Positions 62,501 through 64,000 of a DNA stretch of 64,000 nt are shown here, piece after piece. Under the pieces are notes generated by a model. That model saw nothing but the letters and a program-made list of their open reading frames with translations, was not told the DNA's origin and ran no database searches. Position numbers and translations under genes: made by a program. Every line of letters begins with the position of its first letter. The first letter of the stretch is position 1. Source of the DNA: Podarcis bocagei (Eukaryota); assembly GCA_964188305.1 (NCBI GenBank), contig OZ076899.1. One strand, 5' to 3'.

Positions 62501-63003
62501 ACCATTGAATCTCTGATAGGTGAGCTTTTTTCTGATTTAGTAATGAGAAACTTAGTTCAAGTGTATCTATTGAGTGCTAAAACACTAGCCACAAACAATC
62601 CAGAAGCAGGGCTAATATGTCTCTCCACCAGCCTTACTCCTGCCTGCATATTGAGGCCTCTGTAGCCAAAGCTATGCAGACACATGTCAACATTGCTGTT
62701 CCTAAGGTGATTAAATAGTGTCCTCCAGGTAAGAGACACAGCTGGCACCCAGGAACACACACATTTAAAATCACTTACTTAAAAAATGAGTTTTCATAGG
62801 GGAAGAGACTAAATGAGCGAAGCAAACAACCACACTCTCTTCCTGTGCTCTGCTTTTCTCCAAGGAGAGGGATCTGGCAGCGTGAATGATCCAGCCAGTA
62901 AAGAGATGTTGGCCAAGACAGAAGTTTCACTCACACTGACTAACAAATTTGATGTTCCTGGGGACGAGAACGCAGAGATGGATGCCAAGACAATTCTGCT
63001 GAA
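23173..63003 (+). CDS. IQGAP1: Ras GTPase-activating-like protein IQGAP1, exons 1-32 (3' exons beyond the window)
   Basis: Exons 23173-23227, 27881-27980, 40483-40639, 41192-41269, 41574-41650, 42481-42548, 42937-43050, 43400-43578, 44745-44835, 45283-45446, 45880-45964, 46804-46967, 47720-47880, 48392-48516, 49640-49803, 50614-50704, 51473-51640, 51900-52045, 53013-53183, 54002-54085, 55137-55208, 55403-55472, 56001-56209, 56829-56984, 57086-57249, 58011-58235, 59014-59154, 59259-59343, 60721-60953, 61624-61756, 62417-62519, 62865-63003. Total 4172 nt, all GT-AG and phase-consistent. N-terminus MATPEEIDGAGVARPHYGSVLDNERMTAEEMDERRRQN is IQGAP1-type. Includes the CH domain, IQGAP repeats, WW (EWVKHWVKGGYHYYHN), IQ motifs, and the GAP-related domain with the IQGAP-typical Thr for the arginine finger (IVTGNPT) and YYR motif (LLYYRYMNPAIVAPD). 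Confidence 0.97.
24420..24570 (-). mobile_element. CORE/MIR-like SINE fragment
   Basis: Contains CAACAACCCTGTGAGGTAGGTTAGGCTGAGAG and ATTTGAACCTGGATCTCC, typical reverse-strand motifs of the squamate CORE-SINE. Confidence 0.55.
25349..25593. mobile_element. Tc1/mariner-type MITE
   Basis: TA-flanked with imperfect TIRs CAGTCATACCTTGGGTT / AACCCGAGCATCCACTG. CpG-rich interior with short internal inverted motifs (CCGGAAGTA / TACTTCCGG). Confidence 0.75.
26057..26223 (-). mobile_element. CR1 LINE 3' end
   Basis: - strand translation RQWKGVPREVVDSPSLEVL matches the CR1 ORF2 C-terminus, followed by a CR1-type tail (GGACTAGATGACC...ATTCTA). Confidence 0.75.
30787..31130 (+). mobile_element. Sauria SINE, slightly 5'-truncated
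   Basis: B-box GGTTCGAATCC, body GAGCTCCCGTTGCTCGGTCCCAGCTCCTGCCAACCTAGCAGTTCGAAAGCA, and an ACCTTT-type tail. Confidence 0.88.
32236..32376 (-). mobile_element. tRNA-derived SINE with CR1-type 3' tail
   Basis: - strand reads GATAGCTGTTGGTTAGAGCATGGTGCTGATAACACCAAGGTCACAGGTTTGATCCCC, then GGACTAGATGATCCTCAAGCTCCCTTCCAACTCTATAATTCTATG. The tail is homologous to the CR1 tail at 26057. Confidence 0.8.
32404..32749 (-). mobile_element. Near full-length Sauria SINE with target-site duplication
   Basis: 5' end GGGACGCGGG and (ACCTTT)n tail. 13-bp TSD TCCTCTCTGTGTA at 32391-32403 and 32750-32762. Confidence 0.92.
34054..34279. mobile_element. Tc1/mariner-type MITE
   Basis: TA-flanked TIRs CAGTGGTACCTTGGGTTA / TAACCTGAGATACCACTG, with repeated CTTCAGGTTA subterminal motifs. 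Confidence 0.85.
35887..36177 (-). mobile_element. L2-like LINE 3' end with (AAT)n/(TAT)n tail
   Basis: - strand translation RQRAFSVVAPALWNALP...FRRHLKAALFREVF. Homologous copies at 37198 and 51005. Confidence 0.85.
36178..36459 (+). mobile_element. 5'-truncated Sauria SINE fused to the L2 fragment
   Basis: CCCAGCTCCTGCCAACCTAGCAGTTCGAAAGCA body and TTTACTTTACCTTT tail. Confidence 0.85.
37198..37340 (+). mobile_element. L2-like 3' tail fragment
   Basis: CTAAGGCAGCCCTGTTTAGGGAAG...CCAGCCAGATGGGCGGGGTATAAATAATAAT, the reverse complement of the 35887 and 51005 copies. Confidence 0.8.
39642..40036. mobile_element. hAT MITE with duplicated right end and internal (GT)n
   Basis: TIRs TAGGGCTAGGCGATAT / ATATCGGCCAGCCTTA. 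8-bp TSD GCCTTGGC / GCCTTGGT. A second right-end copy ends at 39921. Confidence 0.85.
39735..39768. repeat. (GT)n microsatellite
   Basis: Read directly from the sequence. Confidence 0.95.
46200..46245. repeat. (TTTC)n microsatellite
   Basis: Read directly from the sequence. Confidence 0.95.
51005..51372 (-). mobile_element. L2-like LINE 3' end with (AAT)n tail
   Basis: - strand translation RTLRSSAEGLLAVPSLREAKLQGTRQRAFSVVAPALWNALP...RRHLKAALFREAF. Confidence 0.88.
52607..52650. repeat. (AAT)n microsatellite
   Basis: Read directly from the sequence. Confidence 0.95.
57846..57874. repeat. (AAC)n microsatellite
   Basis: Read directly from the sequence. Confidence 0.9.
59366..59405. repeat. 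(CA)n microsatellite
   Basis: Read directly from the sequence. Confidence 0.95.
61902..62268. mobile_element. SPIN/URR1-type non-autonomous hAT transposon
   Basis: Ends (T)AGTGGTTCTCAACCTTCCTAATG and GGGGTCGCGACCCACAGATTGAGAACCGCTG. 8-bp TSD CTGTACTG / CTGTATTG. The interior ACAGTTCCTCATGTTGTGGTGACCCCCAACCATAAAATTATTTTCGTTGCTACTTCATAACTG matches my recollection of SPIN/URR1. Confidence 0.9.
62270..62380 (+). mobile_element. L2-like 3' tail fragment
   Basis: GCCCAGAGTG...GGGCAACCCAGTCAAATGGGTGGCATATAAATAA...(ATT)n, related to the other L2 tails. Confidence 0.6.
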
Positions 63004-64000
63004 GTAAGTAGGGGCCGTGACAGCTCCTGAACCTGTCTCACTTTCACATCCAAGGCACCTGGGGTTGTCCCATTTCACTGAAGCATTTGCCCAGGCTTTA
63101 AGAAAAGGTGGCTGGAGGGAGCCCAAAGCTTATCAGTGAGCTTCATGGCTTAGTGGAGATTCTGAAGCTGCATCTCTCCACTCTGAATCCTCTACACAGT
63201 TTTCTAGGTAAAACACAAAAGATGGAAACACCCAGAAATAACAGAAGTATTCAGGGAAGTGAAATGACTAAAAATGTGTCTTGCTCTCAACATGTTGGGT
63301 TCCACTATTTGATGATCATGTATCTAAGAGGAGGAAGAGGGAGGGAGGGTCCTCAAAAGGATGGCAAAGTTGTTGTCCCAAGGTTCTGATCATCCACCAC
63401 ATGTAATTAGCAGCCATTTGAGGTGTACAGAAGTCTGCATCTCTTTGTACATGTTTGCTACATGTTGATACGTAGCAACTGCTGCGATATTCAGCAGCAC
63501 ACTGGGCTTTTATTAAGGAGTAGTTTAAATTCCTGTGTCCATACAACCTGTGTCCAGAAACTAGGGGTGTAGTGAGAGATAGTGTTGCCATCATGCTCAG
63601 TGTGTGAACTCCAAGGAGGAAATTGATTGACAGCTTTCTGAATAAGGAATGCAAACTTTTGATGCAATCCAGAATAATTCATACACATACTTACTAAATA
63701 TCAGGACTGCTGGGGTACATTCCTCATTCCTGATGTGTCAGTTCAGACTTCTTGTTTTCTTAGCCCAGTTTTCCTAGGAAAGATCCCTTTCTCAAGGGAC
63801 TCTTTATCCAGGCAGACTGCTGGAGAGCTTAGAATCTTCTGAACAGACTTCTGAGGCCCGCGGCAGGACTTGCAGCTAGCTGGCAGGGCTAACCCACTTG
63901 TGATTCACCTTAATGCTGAGCAACCCTAGATTAGGCAACTCGCTTCCCTTAGCCCAGTCATAAGGAACCAGTGGGACTGTACTGGAGAAGGCACTCCTTC

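Overview
Eukaryotic, intron-containing vertebrate DNA, almost certainly from a squamate reptile. Sauria-type SINEs and the MITE families point to a lacertid lizard (inference). Three genes can be assembled exon by exon with canonical GT-AG junctions and consistent phase. (1) The last 10 coding exons of TP53BP1 (+, 730-6340), covering the GAR motif, tandem Tudor, UDR, NLS and BRCT pair. (2) The complete 18-exon TUBGCP4 (-, 19859-7571, 702 aa), tail-to-tail with TP53BP1. (3) Exons 1-32 of IQGAP1 (+, 23173-63003, continuing past the window), head-to-head with TUBGCP4 across 3.3 kb that holds two CpG islands separated by nested transposons. Introns contain Sauria SINEs, a tRNA-derived SINE with a CR1-type tail, L2 and CR1 3' fragments, TA-flanked Tc1/mariner-pogo MITEs, hAT MITEs including a SPIN/URR1-type element, and microsatellites. 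Almost all other six-frame ORFs are spurious. I found no novel multi-gene system. The strongest observations are protein-level: 53BP1 has lost several residues that are regulatory in human (BRCT T1812/K1814, mitotic site T1609, ATM-type site S1778, Tudor M1584) while keeping the p53-binding and methyl-lysine-cage residues, and GCP4 carries a ~35-aa P/Q/G/A-rich insertion. All human comparisons and numbering are from memory and need alignment to confirm.
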